A stretch of DNA of 64,000 bases from Nitrospirota bacterium. GTDB taxonomy: Bacteria > Nitrospirota > UBA9217. Under the pieces are notes generated by a model. The model saw only the letters and a program-made list of their open reading frames with translations. It did no database searches and was not told the DNA's origin. Where the stretch lies: the NCBI GenBank assembly GCA_963749655.1, contig CAVVOB010000015.1, positions 64,001-128,000 on the forward strand. Reading direction: 5' to 3'. Positions 52,548 through 63,247 of the stretch are shown here, in pieces (the first letter of the stretch is position 1; the number at the start of each line of letters is the position of its first letter). The position numbers and the translations under genes were made by a program.

Positions 52548-55176
52548 CTATTTGCCGAAAAACCCGAGCAAATCGTTCCCCCAGATTGTCTCTCCCTCCG
52601 CGTTCGCATGACAACCGTCGGCGACTTGCGAAGACGTCAGCAACGAAAGATCAGGGCCCTTCAGGGCTTCGCCGTTCACGACCAGCTGGTTTGCAAGGTC
52701 CAGAGTCGCCTGGGACCCCGCGTCGGTATTGATGGAGCAATGGGCGCCGTCGAGCGGGTAGACCGGCACGCCGGTCACGTAAACCTTCGCAATCGGCGCC
52801 AACCGCTTGATCTCATTCAGGGCCAGCACTGCATCATCATAGGTTACGGAAGACGCGTCCGCATTCGGGCAGAGTTCCCACCAGATCGCGCGGGGATCGG
52901 GATACAAGGCGAGCATCGCACTGAACTTGGACCAGTAAGAGTCCGCTGAGCTTCCGGTCTTGAGCTGGCTCACCCAGACGCTCAAGCCCCCGCCCGCATA
53001 CCCGGTGTCTCCGCCCGGCCAGAGCTGTACTCCTCCCAGCGTGCGGTATCCGTTCACCGCGTTGATGCTGAGCGAACAGCCGACAAAGCCGATGGAATCC
53101 GCCTCGGCCGTCCAGTTCCCTACGAGCGACACGATCATACGGTCATCGGCTATATCTAGACGGGGAAGCCAGATAACTGTTTTGCCTTTTTTCAGAAGCG
53201 TCGCGGGCAGAGTTCCTGTAGCTGCGTGCCCGAGTTCCGTGTACCCGCTGCCGGTCCAGTCGGCAAGAGGAAGATAATAGGTATTTCCCGTATCGGTGGT
53301 CAGGCTCGCAAGTCCCATGGTAAGCGGATCAACGCTTGCATCAAAACTCCAGGTTGGATATGAGGTCGCATCGCTTGCCGGCACAGCATTCAGCCCCGCA
53401 AGCGTCCTGAATGCGCTGTAATCCGCGTTTCCGGCGCTGTCGAACATGCCGGTGCGTCCGGCGATAAACAGCCCACCGCCGCCTTGCGCGTAGTCGTGCA
53501 GAATTTGCGCTGCATCCGCACTCAACCAAGCCATGTCCGCCGCAATGACGCCGGAGTAATTATTCAGAATCTGAGGGTCGGCAACAATTTCCGCAACTTC
53601 TATCGGGTCGACCGCGATACCTGCTTTGTACAAGGCTTCGTAAAAGGTGATCCGGTCGCGGCTCCGGGAGTTCGTGCCCATCATATTGCCCAGCGTATAC
53701 TCGGCCTGTTCGGCTTTCGGATCGAGCACAATGGCGAGCGACGGGGTCGTAATCGAACGCACGGATGGATCGAACAGATGAGCATATTTCGCGGCTTCCG
53801 CCAGTTCGGTATCAGACCAGACCGGCAGGTTGCCTTCTGCCTCGATCGACCAGCCGATACCCGCTCCCGCCGCCGCAAGCATGGTTGAGAGCGATTGAAT
53901 GCGGTCGAGGCTCTCGACATTCTGGCCGCCATTGGCCGCCTTGGCGTTGTCTTCAAGCGCATAGGTAGCGAGCTTACCCACGCGACGGGCATAGGCGGCG
54001 AATGCATAGAGCGCATAGTTTTGCGTGTTCCATTCGCCCGGGGTTTCATCAAACGATGTGCGGGGATGGATGATCACCATATCGACCAGGGGAGATCGGG
54101 TCCATTCCATCCCGTCCGCGGAGCCGTTCCGTGCCACCGGCCCTGCAGGAGTAAAAAAAGAACCCGCGGGGTTGATCGTGAGAATGTGGTCAGGATCAAG
54201 GGATTTGACAAGGCCGATATTGTGCTCCCATTCCATGCCCTTTTCGTGGACACGAAAATCCAGCCCGTCCTTCATCTGAATCCGCGTATCTCCCGCGCTG
54301 TTGGCGCTTAATGCGGTTGAAGTCTCCGCGCTCAGCGGCAAGGGCATGTCCGCGGTCAGCAGGGTGACAATCGAATTACTCCAAGCCGTTCGCAGCTCCT
54401 CGTTTGTGATATATTTTCCCCCCAACCATGACCGAAACCGCCCTTTTGCATACGCTGAATAATCCGCCCAGCATTGCAGAGGCTGGGACGGATCCGAAAG
54501 ATAGGAAGGGCCGTAATTGTTCTCACGGGTCATGCCCACGCTCGGGCTCCAGCCGAGCAGGGCGGGATGGGTCCTGTATCGTAGAACGACCGCGCGAACG
54601 TATTCATCCATTGCCGCCCAGTAATCGGGATCGTTAAAGGCTGCTGCCTGCGACATGGCGTCAGCGGGCGGCGCGGTCTGGTCGTAACCGATCTGGAGTT
54701 CGTCCTGGTGCTGCGCAGCCCACCATTCCGGCGGATTACTGACCCAGATGGTCGGCAGCAGATAGATGCCTTGCTGATGCGCGTAATCGAACAGTGCGTC
54801 CATATTCGCGAAATCGAGGTCCTCGCCGATGACGCCGGGCTGCGCCGAAGTTTTGAACATCGGCGAGTGAAAATAGAGCTCGAACGCGAGATAGGTGACG
54901 CCCGTTGCCTTTGCCTTGTCCACATACCCTTTGAACGTATCGAGCCAGCCTGCGGAATCGTATGCCTCGGTCGACTCGACATTATAGACGTACAGACTGG
55001 TCGGTGCCACGGGCTGATCATTGATCAGCAGGGTGGGGACGCCATTTTGTTTTTCCACCCGGGAAACCGAGGCAGGTCCCGTGTCTCGCCGGATCCCCGC
55101 CCGTACCACCTTTGCAGCCCGTGAGGATCAGTGACATTGAAAAGATCACCGTCAGCAGCTCAAGAGTTCTCTTCAT
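52548..55176 (-). CDS. Glycoside hydrolase (GH42/beta-galactosidase-like) lipoprotein (frameshift near 55090)
   Basis: ATG at 55176 gives lipobox LTGC. DFANMDALFDYA, PPEWW, RYRTHPALLGW and FRSWL..KY..L..AW motifs, plus a trimerisation-like domain. Confidence 0.65.
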
Positions 55177-55251
55177 GACTATCCCTTCTGGCAGTTCATG
55201 CCAATACGGCGCGCTACTTTCAGCGTGATGAGGGTATTTCCCGCAGCCGGA

Positions 55252-56734
55252 TCACGGATAGGAGACTTCCAGGAACTTCGGTGCGTTCTCCGCTTCCAGT
55301 GTCAGACTTTGCGCGGGAGTGACGGTGCTCGTCGATCCGTCGACCTTCGTAAGCAAGACTGAGGAAGGGACGCTGCCGAGGTTCAGCAAGTAGGTCAGCT
55401 TCTCGCCGTCCAGCGCGATCTTCTGGCCGCTCACATACTTGAAGGGCTTGAAGAAGATGTAAAGCTCTTTTTTGCCCGATCCGAACTGCTCCACCCACGC
55501 CCGGTTCTCGTTGTCGAACGCGCCGCTCACATGGCCCGCGTAGGAATAGTCTTTCAACTTAGACCACAAGAGGGCCATGGCCTTCACATGCATGGTGACC
55601 GTGCCGTCGGCGTTGAGCGAACTCAGGGCAGCTTCTCCGATCGTGCCCCGTGGAGCGATCTTAAGAGGAAGGGCGCCCGAGAGGGCCGGCGTCGAATTGC
55701 TCATGAGCGTCCGCTTGAGCACAAGCTCCTGGACCACGTAGGCCGCATCGAGGGCGTCGCTCTCGCTCGTCATCGTCTGCCCGGGGTCGGCGGCGTTGTC
55801 GTGCTCCGTGTCGACGATATTCCGGTCCTGCCAGCCGTTGTTGTCGAGGGCGGCGCGGACCTGAAGGATACCGGGAACGTTTGCGTATTTGTTCACGAGT
55901 GGCGTCATGGTCGGCGGATAGGGGCCCGTCATTCTTTGTCCGATCTTTGCCCGGATGGAATAGCCGTGAAAGGCCCAGAAATCGAACTTGGCCCCATTGT
56001 TCTTGTCGAGGAAGTATTCTATGACCGCTATGAATGCACCGTCGCTGCCGGAGTCGCTGTCCACCCAGTACTCGAAGCCCGGCGTGCCGACGGCGATGTC
56101 CGGATACTTGCTTTTGATGCGATCATAGGTCTTGTTGGTAAGCTCGACGAGCTGGGCATTCGACCCTTTCCAGGTGCTCCAGTTATCGGTCCCCGGATGC
56201 GGGCTGTTTACCAGCTCGATCATCCGGATGGATGCCGTTGTCTTGTAGCGCCCGACGAACCAGTCCACAAAGTTCACATAGTCATCGATCAAGCTCCGTG
56301 GTGATGGTTTGCGTCTCGTTCGATTCTGAGCATGGGGACCATGCTCCAGCCGTTGGCCTGGTAGAGCTGTGGCCACTTCGTCCATGTTGAAGGAAACATT
56401 GCATTGGCTTGCCTTGGGCAGACAGTATGGTGCGGAATAGGTCACACCGCCGTCCGTGGTGGAGAAGAAAGCCCGCTGAAATGCGGAACTTGACATATTT
56501 CGTCCCGAGGGTGTTGTTGATGGCGTCGACTGCAGCTGCAGCCTCTGAAGGCAGATCGGAGGCATTCGCTGTGTTGACGTTTCCTTCAGTCCCCCAGAGG
56601 AAGCCGTCAGCATCGATTGAGTTCAGGAAAGTTTTTGATGATGAGCTCTCCGCTGATGTTTTGCCGCTGGTATTGCAGCTCATTATACTGACTGCCATAA
56701 ATAAGACCATTCCTGCTTCCATTACGTTCCTCAT
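55252..56734 (-). CDS. Putative clan GH-A glycoside hydrolase-like lipoprotein (several frameshifts)
   Basis: Lipobox IMSC, YDRIKSKYPD, FDFWAFHGY and DTE motifs. Split over overlapping ORFs. Confidence 0.5.
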
Positions 56735-56893
56735 GACAGGTCCTCCGGAGAATACGGTATCTTGTCTCAGGCATACCTCTTTCGACACGCTTTTAGAACA
56801 AAAGTTGTATGTTATATAAAAAATAATCGGCTGGTGTGCAGAGCGCTGCAGGGGGAAAGGGGGATTACTCCGTTGCAGATTGTCGGTTTGCTT

Positions 56894-57963
56894 CTAAAGT
56901 CCGAGCTGTCCGTATTCATTCTCGCAAGGCGGACCAACAGAAATGAACATTTTCCCTTCAGCCGGGACCATGACGACTGAAGCAACTGACAGGGATGCGA
57001 ATACCGGGGGCGCTTCAGGATCGACATGCGTGCAGACGGATTTGGGATGCCCTTCATGATCGGCTAAAAATTCCATCATCAACTCCGGGGTGATCGATCC
57101 GTGAGCGCCGGCGATGAGCGCTCGCAGCCGGTCCGCGCGCTTGAACGAATCGCGGATATACGTATACGCGCCGTCGGTCTTCTTGTACTTCCCGGTCTCA
57201 TAATGGTTCGCGTGAACGAGGACGCCCCTGACCGGTTCCAGAATCGCATAGTCATCATACACGCTTTCAATCCCCGACATGGCTCCTGTTCTGTCCGCGA
57301 TGTGCACATACCCGACGCCGCGCGCCGTCCTGCGAAGAGCGTTCATTGCATCATCCGCGGTCTTTCCCGCATTGCCGCATACAGGTAAAAAGCAAAGGGC
57401 ACGTGGCCCGTCACCGGAGCCGGCGGACAGATTGTCATGTTCGCGCAATTCCCCACGCCGTCCGAGGTCAGGTACACGCCTCCATACCCGTTCAGAAAAA
57501 GACCGAGCATACGTTTGCCGTCCGACCGCCTGATGCGGACGATATCGATTGTTGAGTCGGGATGCCAGTCGACATTCTGGCCGAGGAGAGTGATGCCGTT
57601 CTTCGTCGCCGGTCCCGTGACCGCAAAAGACGTGCACATCCCGGCGAGACCGGGATAGTTCACGAACAGCTCACTGTAGCATTGCAGGCTGAAAATCTCG
57701 TCGAAGGTGAGCCCTGAACCATCCGCCATCCCCTTCACGCGCTCAATGGCGCCGGGATCAAAGGCCCGGACGTTGTCCAGGTACTTTCGCGCGGCCATGG
57801 TCACGGCGTCACGCTCCGCCTGATAAGGCATTAGCTTCATGCTCTTGAACATCAGCGCAGCGGCCTTCCGGAGTTTTTCCCGCGCCTGTTCGCCGTACTG
57901 TCTTCCGATCTCGTATTCGCTTCCGCTGCATTCGATGACAGAAAGGGCATTCCGTTTCCTCAT
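56894..57963 (-). CDS. C45-family peptidase / acyltransferase (Ntn hydrolase; frameshift near 57370)
   Basis: YEIGRQYG, CTSFA, GQNVDW, VHANHY. Confidence 0.8.
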
Positions 57964-57998
57964 GGGTTCCCCCGGAGACCGATTCTAAGATCATTATC

Positions 57999-58088
57999 AT
58001 CCGCAGATGACACAGATCGCGCAGATAAACCAAAATCTGGAAGTTCTTTTATTCCTTAAATCTGCGTACATCTGCGAAATCTGCGGAT
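57999..58088. repeat. 9-bp-periodic inverted repeat element
   Basis: atccgcagatgacacagatcgcgcagat ... atctgcgtacatctgcgaaatctgcggat. Confidence 0.75.
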
Positions 58089-58121
58089 AAATGTTTTTCT
58101 TCACCGGCCTGAGCCTGTGCA

Positions 58122-58997
58122 TCAGTATTTGCTCAGAATGTCAATCACCGCATTATTGAACTCTTCCGGTTTCTCCACATTTACCATATGCCCCGCGCCG
58201 GGAATGATCACCTTCTTCGCTCCCGGTATGCCCTTTTCGAGCGCCTCTACGGTCTTCGTGATCGTCTGTACGTCACGGTCGCCTCTGATCACGAACGTCG
58301 GAACGCGGATCTCGGACAAGCGCTGTACGGCTAGCGGGAAAGGCGGCCGGGGGAAGAAGATGTTGATCAGCCAGACGCGGGAATTTTCGATCGCAATGGG
58401 CCGGAGCTTGGCGGCCACTGCCGGGTTTTCCATGGCCGCGGCGTTATAAGCGCTCCGAAGCCATGCCTCGCCGGCCGGCGTGCCGTCGTCGTTCTCTATG
58501 GAATACACGATTTTCATCAGTTCTATGGTGTCCTCGGCCGTAAAGGGGAATCCGCTCAGGCCCGGCGCGACCGGGATCAGTGTCGCAACCATCTCGGGAT
58601 GGGTGAGCGTAAAATCGATCGCGATCCTTCCGCCCATGGACAATCCGATGACGTAGGCCTTCCGTACGTTCAGATATTTGAGCAGCTGATTCAGATCGTC
58701 ATCATCCGAGTAGGGCTTGGTCGGCGCCGGCGATTTGCCGTACCCCCGCACGTCGTAACGGATCAGGGTGTAGCGGTCCGGGAAAGCGGAGAACTGGTCG
58801 TCCCACATCCGACGGTCGAACCCTCCGGAATGGATAAAGACGACTGCCGGCCCCTTCCCCTTCATTTCGTAATACAGCTTGGTCCCGTTCACTTCCGCGA
58901 AACCTGATTTCATTTCCCCTCCTATCCCCGCGGCCGGAAGCGCAAAGACGCCGGCCAATACCACTGTCAGTGCGAAAAACCTACTCAGATCGAACAT
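58122..58997 (-). CDS. Alpha/beta-fold hydrolase
   Basis: DVRGYGKS, GLSMGG nucleophile elbow, GDRD, GAGH. Confidence 0.9.
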   Translation of the reverse strand: MFDLSRFFALTVVLAGVFALPAAGIGGEMKSGFAEVNGTKLYYEMKGKGPAVVFIHSGGFDRRMWDDQFSAFPDRYTLIRYDVRGYGKSPAPTKPYSDDDDLNQLLKYLNVRKAYVIGLSMGGRIAIDFTLTHPEMVATLIPVAPGLSGFPFTAEDTIELMKIVYSIENDDGTPAGEAWLRSAYNAAAMENPAVAAKLRPIAIENSRVWLINIFFPRPPFPLAVQRLSEIRVPTFVIRGDRDVQTITKTVEALEKGIPGAKKVIIPGAGHMVNVEKPEEFNNAVIDILSKY

Positions 58998-59107
58998 GGA
59001 ATCTTTCCTATTGAAAGACGATAGATAAAACCATTTGATATCGTATGGCGGATGGTATCACGAAGCGCATTATTCCGTATTGTAAAAATGCGACAGGATG
59101 GATTGGT

Positions 59108-59848
59108 TCAGATCGCTCCGGGCGGCGTGTGCATCAGCGACTTGAAGTCGCGGATGAAGTGGGATTGATCGGTATAGCCCCATTCGCAGGCCAGATCAAC
59201 GAGGTTCGCCCTGGCCGCGCCGGAGCGAAGCTGCGAGAGGATGTTCTGGAACCTGACGAGGCGGATGAACTGCTTGGGCGACATACCTGAATTCTCGCGG
59301 AACATGCGCTCAAGGGTCCTGGTCGTCGTTCCCAAAGCGTTTGCGAGCGCATCAACTCTGATCCGGCCTCCGGAAGTCTCGACGAGATCTGCCGCACGGC
59401 GGTACGTTCCCCCCGGCGTGACCGATGCCAATCCTGCCCTGCGGAAGAATTCCTCGAGGAGTCTTTGTTTTGCATCGAAGCCCTGCACAGCGGCAAGCCG
59501 CCCGCCCAGCTCGTCGACGGGAGTTCCGAGCACCCGGTGAAGGTCCGCCCATGTATTGACCAGTTCGCCGGCGGCAACGTCCGCCACGCGCGGCATGATC
59601 CCGGGATTGAACCATACGCAGAAGTAGTCGCAGCCGTTCATCATGGGAATGCGCTGCAGCTCGGTGAACGGGCCGACATACAGCACCTTGCAGCGGGACT
59701 CGGACAGGATAAAGACCAGGTCGAAGTTGCCGTCAGGCGGCGCATCGAGCACCCAACTGCCTCTCCCGACCCTCCTCGGCAGCATCCAGAATTTCTTGAT
59801 CAATCCGTCGAATTCTTCATGCGGTTTTTTTTCGATGCGATGAAGCAT
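59108..59848 (-). CDS. AraC-family transcriptional regulator
   Basis: PDG N-terminal motif, RTLERMF..G.SPK, GYTDQSHFIRDFK. Confidence 0.88.
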   Translation of the reverse strand: MLHRIEKKPHEEFDGLIKKFWMLPRRVGRGSWVLDAPPDGNFDLVFILSESRCKVLYVGPFTELQRIPMMNGCDYFCVWFNPGIMPRVADVAAGELVNTWADLHRVLGTPVDELGGRLAAVQGFDAKQRLLEEFFRRAGLASVTPGGTYRRAADLVETSGGRIRVDALANALGTTTRTLERMFRENSGMSPKQFIRLVRFQNILSQLRSGAARANLVDLACEWGYTDQSHFIRDFKSLMHTPPGAI

Positions 59849-59980
59849 TGCCCTCTCCGAATGATTACAAATACATCCGTCCTGCGTATTCCCGTTTACC
59901 CCCGGATGACCATAGCGACATTCCGATCGTCGCATGCGTCACAGGCCGCAACAACGCTTTCCGGTCAATCGTAGCTCTAA

Positions 59981-60119
59981 CAGGTTGTTGAAAAAGCTCA
60001 CGCGCGACGAATTTCATCGTGCCAGCGAAGGCTGGCATCCAGAATCATATTACAAACACTGGATTCCTGCCTGCGCAGGAATGACGGCTAAGGTCTTCAA
60101 GACGTTTTTCAACAGCCTG
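59981..60119. mobile_element. MITE, inverted copy of 5064-5205
   Basis: ctaa|caggttgttgaaaaa ... tttttcaacagcctg|ctaa. Confidence 0.8.
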
Positions 60120-60706
60120 CTAATGCCTCAATCGCTTTTCCAACTCTTCTTTTGTGTTTTCCAGAGGCACCACGATCTTCCCTGATTTGTTTATAGCGCC
60201 CCATTTGACTCCGGTGACAGACCGATGCTCACCTTCCGGAACTTGGCTGCATTCGCGGCATACGACAGCGAATACCTCCGCTAAACGGGAAAGCAAAGTC
60301 GTATTCGGGTTTTATGACGACATTCAGCTCCTTGTCGACAAAGCCGAACTTGGCCCCTGATAGGGTCCTCGCAAGTCCTTCGGAAAAATAGTCTGCGCCA
60401 TTGTCGTACAGGTAGACACGGACTGCTTTGCCCGATCTTGATACATAAAATACCTTGTCGCCCGCCAACAGTTCGGCCGGTCCGTCCTTGAAAACTCATT
60501 TTACCGAGATGGTCCGGACGAATGCGGAAGCCGTCTTCGCCGACGAAATCGCCGCATTCTCCCTGTGAAGTAAGTTCGGACTGATGATTACGGTCGGACT
60601 GACGGGACACATACCTGCAATCCGCCGCCGCGGCAGTCTTTGCTGTTGAGACGGAAAAAAGAATGATCATAATGAAAAAGCAGCATCTCTTCGACGATCT
60701 CTTCAT
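60120..60706 (-). CDS. WG-repeat secreted protein (frameshifted)
   Basis: Signal peptide, DNGADYFSEGLAR, KFGFVD...VIKPEYDFAFPF. Split ORFs. Confidence 0.7.
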
Positions 60707-60739
60707 TCGACGCTCCTTTCATTGAGGCGAACAAGGCCC

Positions 60740-61465
60740 CTACTTCACGACCCTCTTCGCGCCGTCGGGATAGGTCGTTATAATACTCTCGAAGGGCGTA
60801 CGGGAATCCCGCTGGTAGCTGAATTCGGTCCTGATCACTTCCTCCGCCGTTTCGTCGGCCTTGAACATGCGGGTCAGGATGAGCCGGTTCGCGGCGTCGT
60901 ATGCATAGGTCGTATAGGTCACGACCTTCTCATGCTTGCCCCGGACGACCTTTATCATCTCCTGGATCGTCGTCCTTACGCTGTCGGCAACCCCGACCAG
61001 GAACCCTCCGGCAGTGGCAATGACCAGCGGCGCAACGACGATGGCAAGCATGACCACGGCCGCATCGCGGTCGCCGTGGATTTGCGTATGACCGGCGACG
61101 TTGGCCGTAACCCCCGTCCCCTGGGCTCCGGCCTGGAACCCCTTGCCTGTCCATTCATAAATGACCCTGAAGGGTTTGCTGAAGTCGCTCTCCGACCCTG
61201 CCACGACGACATCATATGATATCTCTGTCCGCCCGTCGAGCAATTCCACGATAGTGAAGCGGTCCCCTTCACGGGTCGGCCTTTCCTTGAGGCGCGGCCC
61301 CAACAGGGGGAGGCCGTTCGGATCGTATTCAATATAGGGTATAAGTATTTCCTGCGACTGCGCATGATGGTTTTCAAGACGCACCTGTTTCGGGCCGCAG
61401 CCGGCAGCAAGAACAACGAGGCACGAAAGATTTACCAGCACTCTGAAAAGCGGTGAAGTTCGCAT
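60740..61465 (-). CDS. Hypothetical lipoprotein (start approximate)
   Basis: Lipobox AAGC, internal hydrophobic segment, YD-like YAYDAANRL. Confidence 0.6.
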   Translation of the reverse strand: MRTSPLFRVLVNLSCLVVLAAGCGPKQVRLENHHAQSQEILIPYIEYDPNGLPLLGPRLKERPTREGDRFTIVELLDGRTEISYDVVVAGSESDFSKPFRVIYEWTGKGFQAGAQGTGVTANVAGHTQIHGDRDAAVVMLAIVVAPLVIATAGGFLVGVADSVRTTIQEMIKVVRGKHEKVVTYTTYAYDAANRLILTRMFKADETAEEVIRTEFSYQRDSRTPFESIITTYPDGAKRVVK

Positions 61466-61539
61466 ATGTGTTCTCATGTCCCGACGGCTATCGGATCGCA
61501 TCGATGATCCATGCTTAATTTTGCCTGCCCGGCCTTCCA

Positions 61540-61872
61540 TCAATCGGAGTTTCTTCTCCGCTCATCGACATCTTTCATTTTCAACGCAGCCATATTCCCG
61601 GCAATATTGTCATCATCATCGCTGATCAGAGTGGCCAGATCATAGCCCATTCCTTTTAATTCATTCGACCATACTATTCTGGAGGTGGCTATGTCAATGC
61701 AATACAGTTGGCCGTAGGTATGCGCATAAATGAAGTTTCCCCTCTTGACCATATTAACAAACCCGTTTCCGGACTTCAGCCATGATTGGCTGAGCGCTAT
61801 TTCCTTGACGGTCTTGCCGGTTCCTGCGTCAACGACAGCGATCTTCCCTTTGGAACCTATATACAGATATGA
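61540..61872 (-). CDS. Small PQQ-like beta-propeller repeat protein
   Basis: AVVDAGTGK, LYCIDIATSRIVWSNELKGMG. Confidence 0.6.
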   Translation of the reverse strand, partial: SYLYIGSKGKIAVVDAGTGKTVKEIALSQSWLKSGNGFVNMVKRGNFIYAHTYGQLYCIDIATSRIVWSNELKGMGYDLATLISDDDDNIAGNMAALKMKDVDERRRNSD

Positions 61873-61971
61873 CATTATCATCCTCCTTCTGTCGCTGTTT
61901 CAACTGGCTGACGCCCTACCCGACCTGCGGTCCCAGTGTGTCGGTGAAACGGCTTATTACGTACGCGCAGA

Positions 61972-62238
61972 TTATCCGCTTTTGTCCGGAAAGTCGAAGA
62001 AGGATTCTTCACTCTCTTCGGTAAAAAAGAACAATCGATATTCGTTCCTGCCGTAGTCGGTAACGATCATCATTCTGGTATGTTTTGGTGTTTCAGGTTC
62101 TTCTGCCAAAAACTTCATGCCGGTTCTTGCATTATCCTCAAAGAACTTGTTCCAGTAATCGGGCCCCCAACCCGCGGCGTCTCCGCCCCCGAGCTTGAAA
62201 TAGAGGTTTTTAAATTCTTCTTTAGTCACTTCTTTCAT
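61972..62238 (-). CDS. Hypothetical protein
   Basis: 88-aa ORF with protein-like composition, co-oriented with its neighbours. Confidence 0.55.
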   Translation of the reverse strand: MKEVTKEEFKNLYFKLGGGDAAGWGPDYWNKFFEDNARTGMKFLAEEPETPKHTRMMIVTDYGRNEYRLFFFTEESEESFFDFPDKSG

Positions 62239-62327
62239 TTGGTTTAAAGTTTTGATCCGACAGTTTCTAATAATGTCGGGTTTCGCTCTGCCTACACGAT
62301 CTACCGCCTAAAAAACGTTTTTGATCA

Positions 62328-62800
62328 CTATTCCTTTCGCCATTCCTTACAAGTACCAAACAGCCCGAATCCATAACGACAATTTACTTGTTCAACTCCA
62401 TATTCACGGGAAATCATACTTGTGACTTCTGAACTAATTTTTCCGAACGGTTGGGGAGTCCATAATGTGGGAAAGGTGTCCTCTATCTTTATCGTTGGCC
62501 CACCACTACTGTCCGATATTTCGAGTGTTGTCGTGCTAAACGCCCAAGTCTTGCAACTGAATAATCGCTCTTGTGATATTTCTTTCTTCTTACAACTTAA
62601 TGAATTTTCCTTCACGATTGGAGAAAGTGAGTCCTTAGCATTCTCAAAAGTGAATCTTTTAAGAACCGTCGATTGCTGTTCGATAGTTACTGGCTGCAGT
62701 TTAACGATATTATGCATATCACAACTCGTCACTATGAAAATAGGGAAGATGGTAAGAAGAGCGTATATTGAATGTAATTTTCTTATCATTTTAACTTTCA
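62328..62800 (-). CDS. AT-rich hypothetical lipoprotein (start approximate)
   Basis: Hydrophobic signal ending VTSC. Visibly lower GC than the rest of the window. Confidence 0.5.
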
Positions 62801-62915
62801 TAGCTCCCTTGTTTTGCCTGTATTTCCACACATGATACGTTTTTGAATTGCAATTATGACAAATACTATGACTTCCGTGAGAATAGTGATACCTTATGAA
62901 GAAATACAGCAGTCT

Positions 62916-62988
62916 GTAGGTCGGGTCGCGTTTTATGACCCGACAGCTTCTAATCATGTCGGGTTTCGCTCCGTTCTACCCGACCCGC
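62916..62988. repeat. GTAG-type REP doublet, with related half-copies near 61910 and 62275
   Basis: gtaggtcgggtcgcgttttatgacccgaca...tgtcgggtttcgctccgttctacccgacc. Confidence 0.6.
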
Positions 62989-63174
62989 TCATCGCACTAA
63001 AGGCCGCAGTCCGTCCGCACGTCCCGTTTTACGATCCCTATGACTGTATCAGAAAGCGGTTTTTCTGTAAACAGTGTTCAGAAACAAAATCTCGGCCGCT
63101 GGTAATTGTAATTTTGTAATACCCGTCAACCACACCAGAAATCGTTATGCTTTTTATTGTCGGAGATTGAATCG

Positions 63175-63207
63175 AAAAAAAAGGGCTTGCAGTTTTTGCA
63201 AGCCCTA
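63175..63207 (-). terminator. Intrinsic terminator downstream of the Kazal-repeat gene
   Basis: agggcttgca...tgcaagccct hairpin with a U tract on the minus strand. Confidence 0.7.
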
Positions 63208-63247
63208 ACATTATTATTGAAGGAAACGTATGCGATTATGGATGAAA

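Noticed and set aside
800-58088. Short repeats as a CRISPR array
   Set aside because: They are inverted, 7- or 9-bp periodic and dispersed. There are no constant direct repeats with unique spacers and no cas genes.
1118-60706. Programmed ribosomal frameshifting in the split genes
   Set aside because: Too many unrelated genes are affected and no shared slippery motif was seen. Assembly indels are the simpler explanation.
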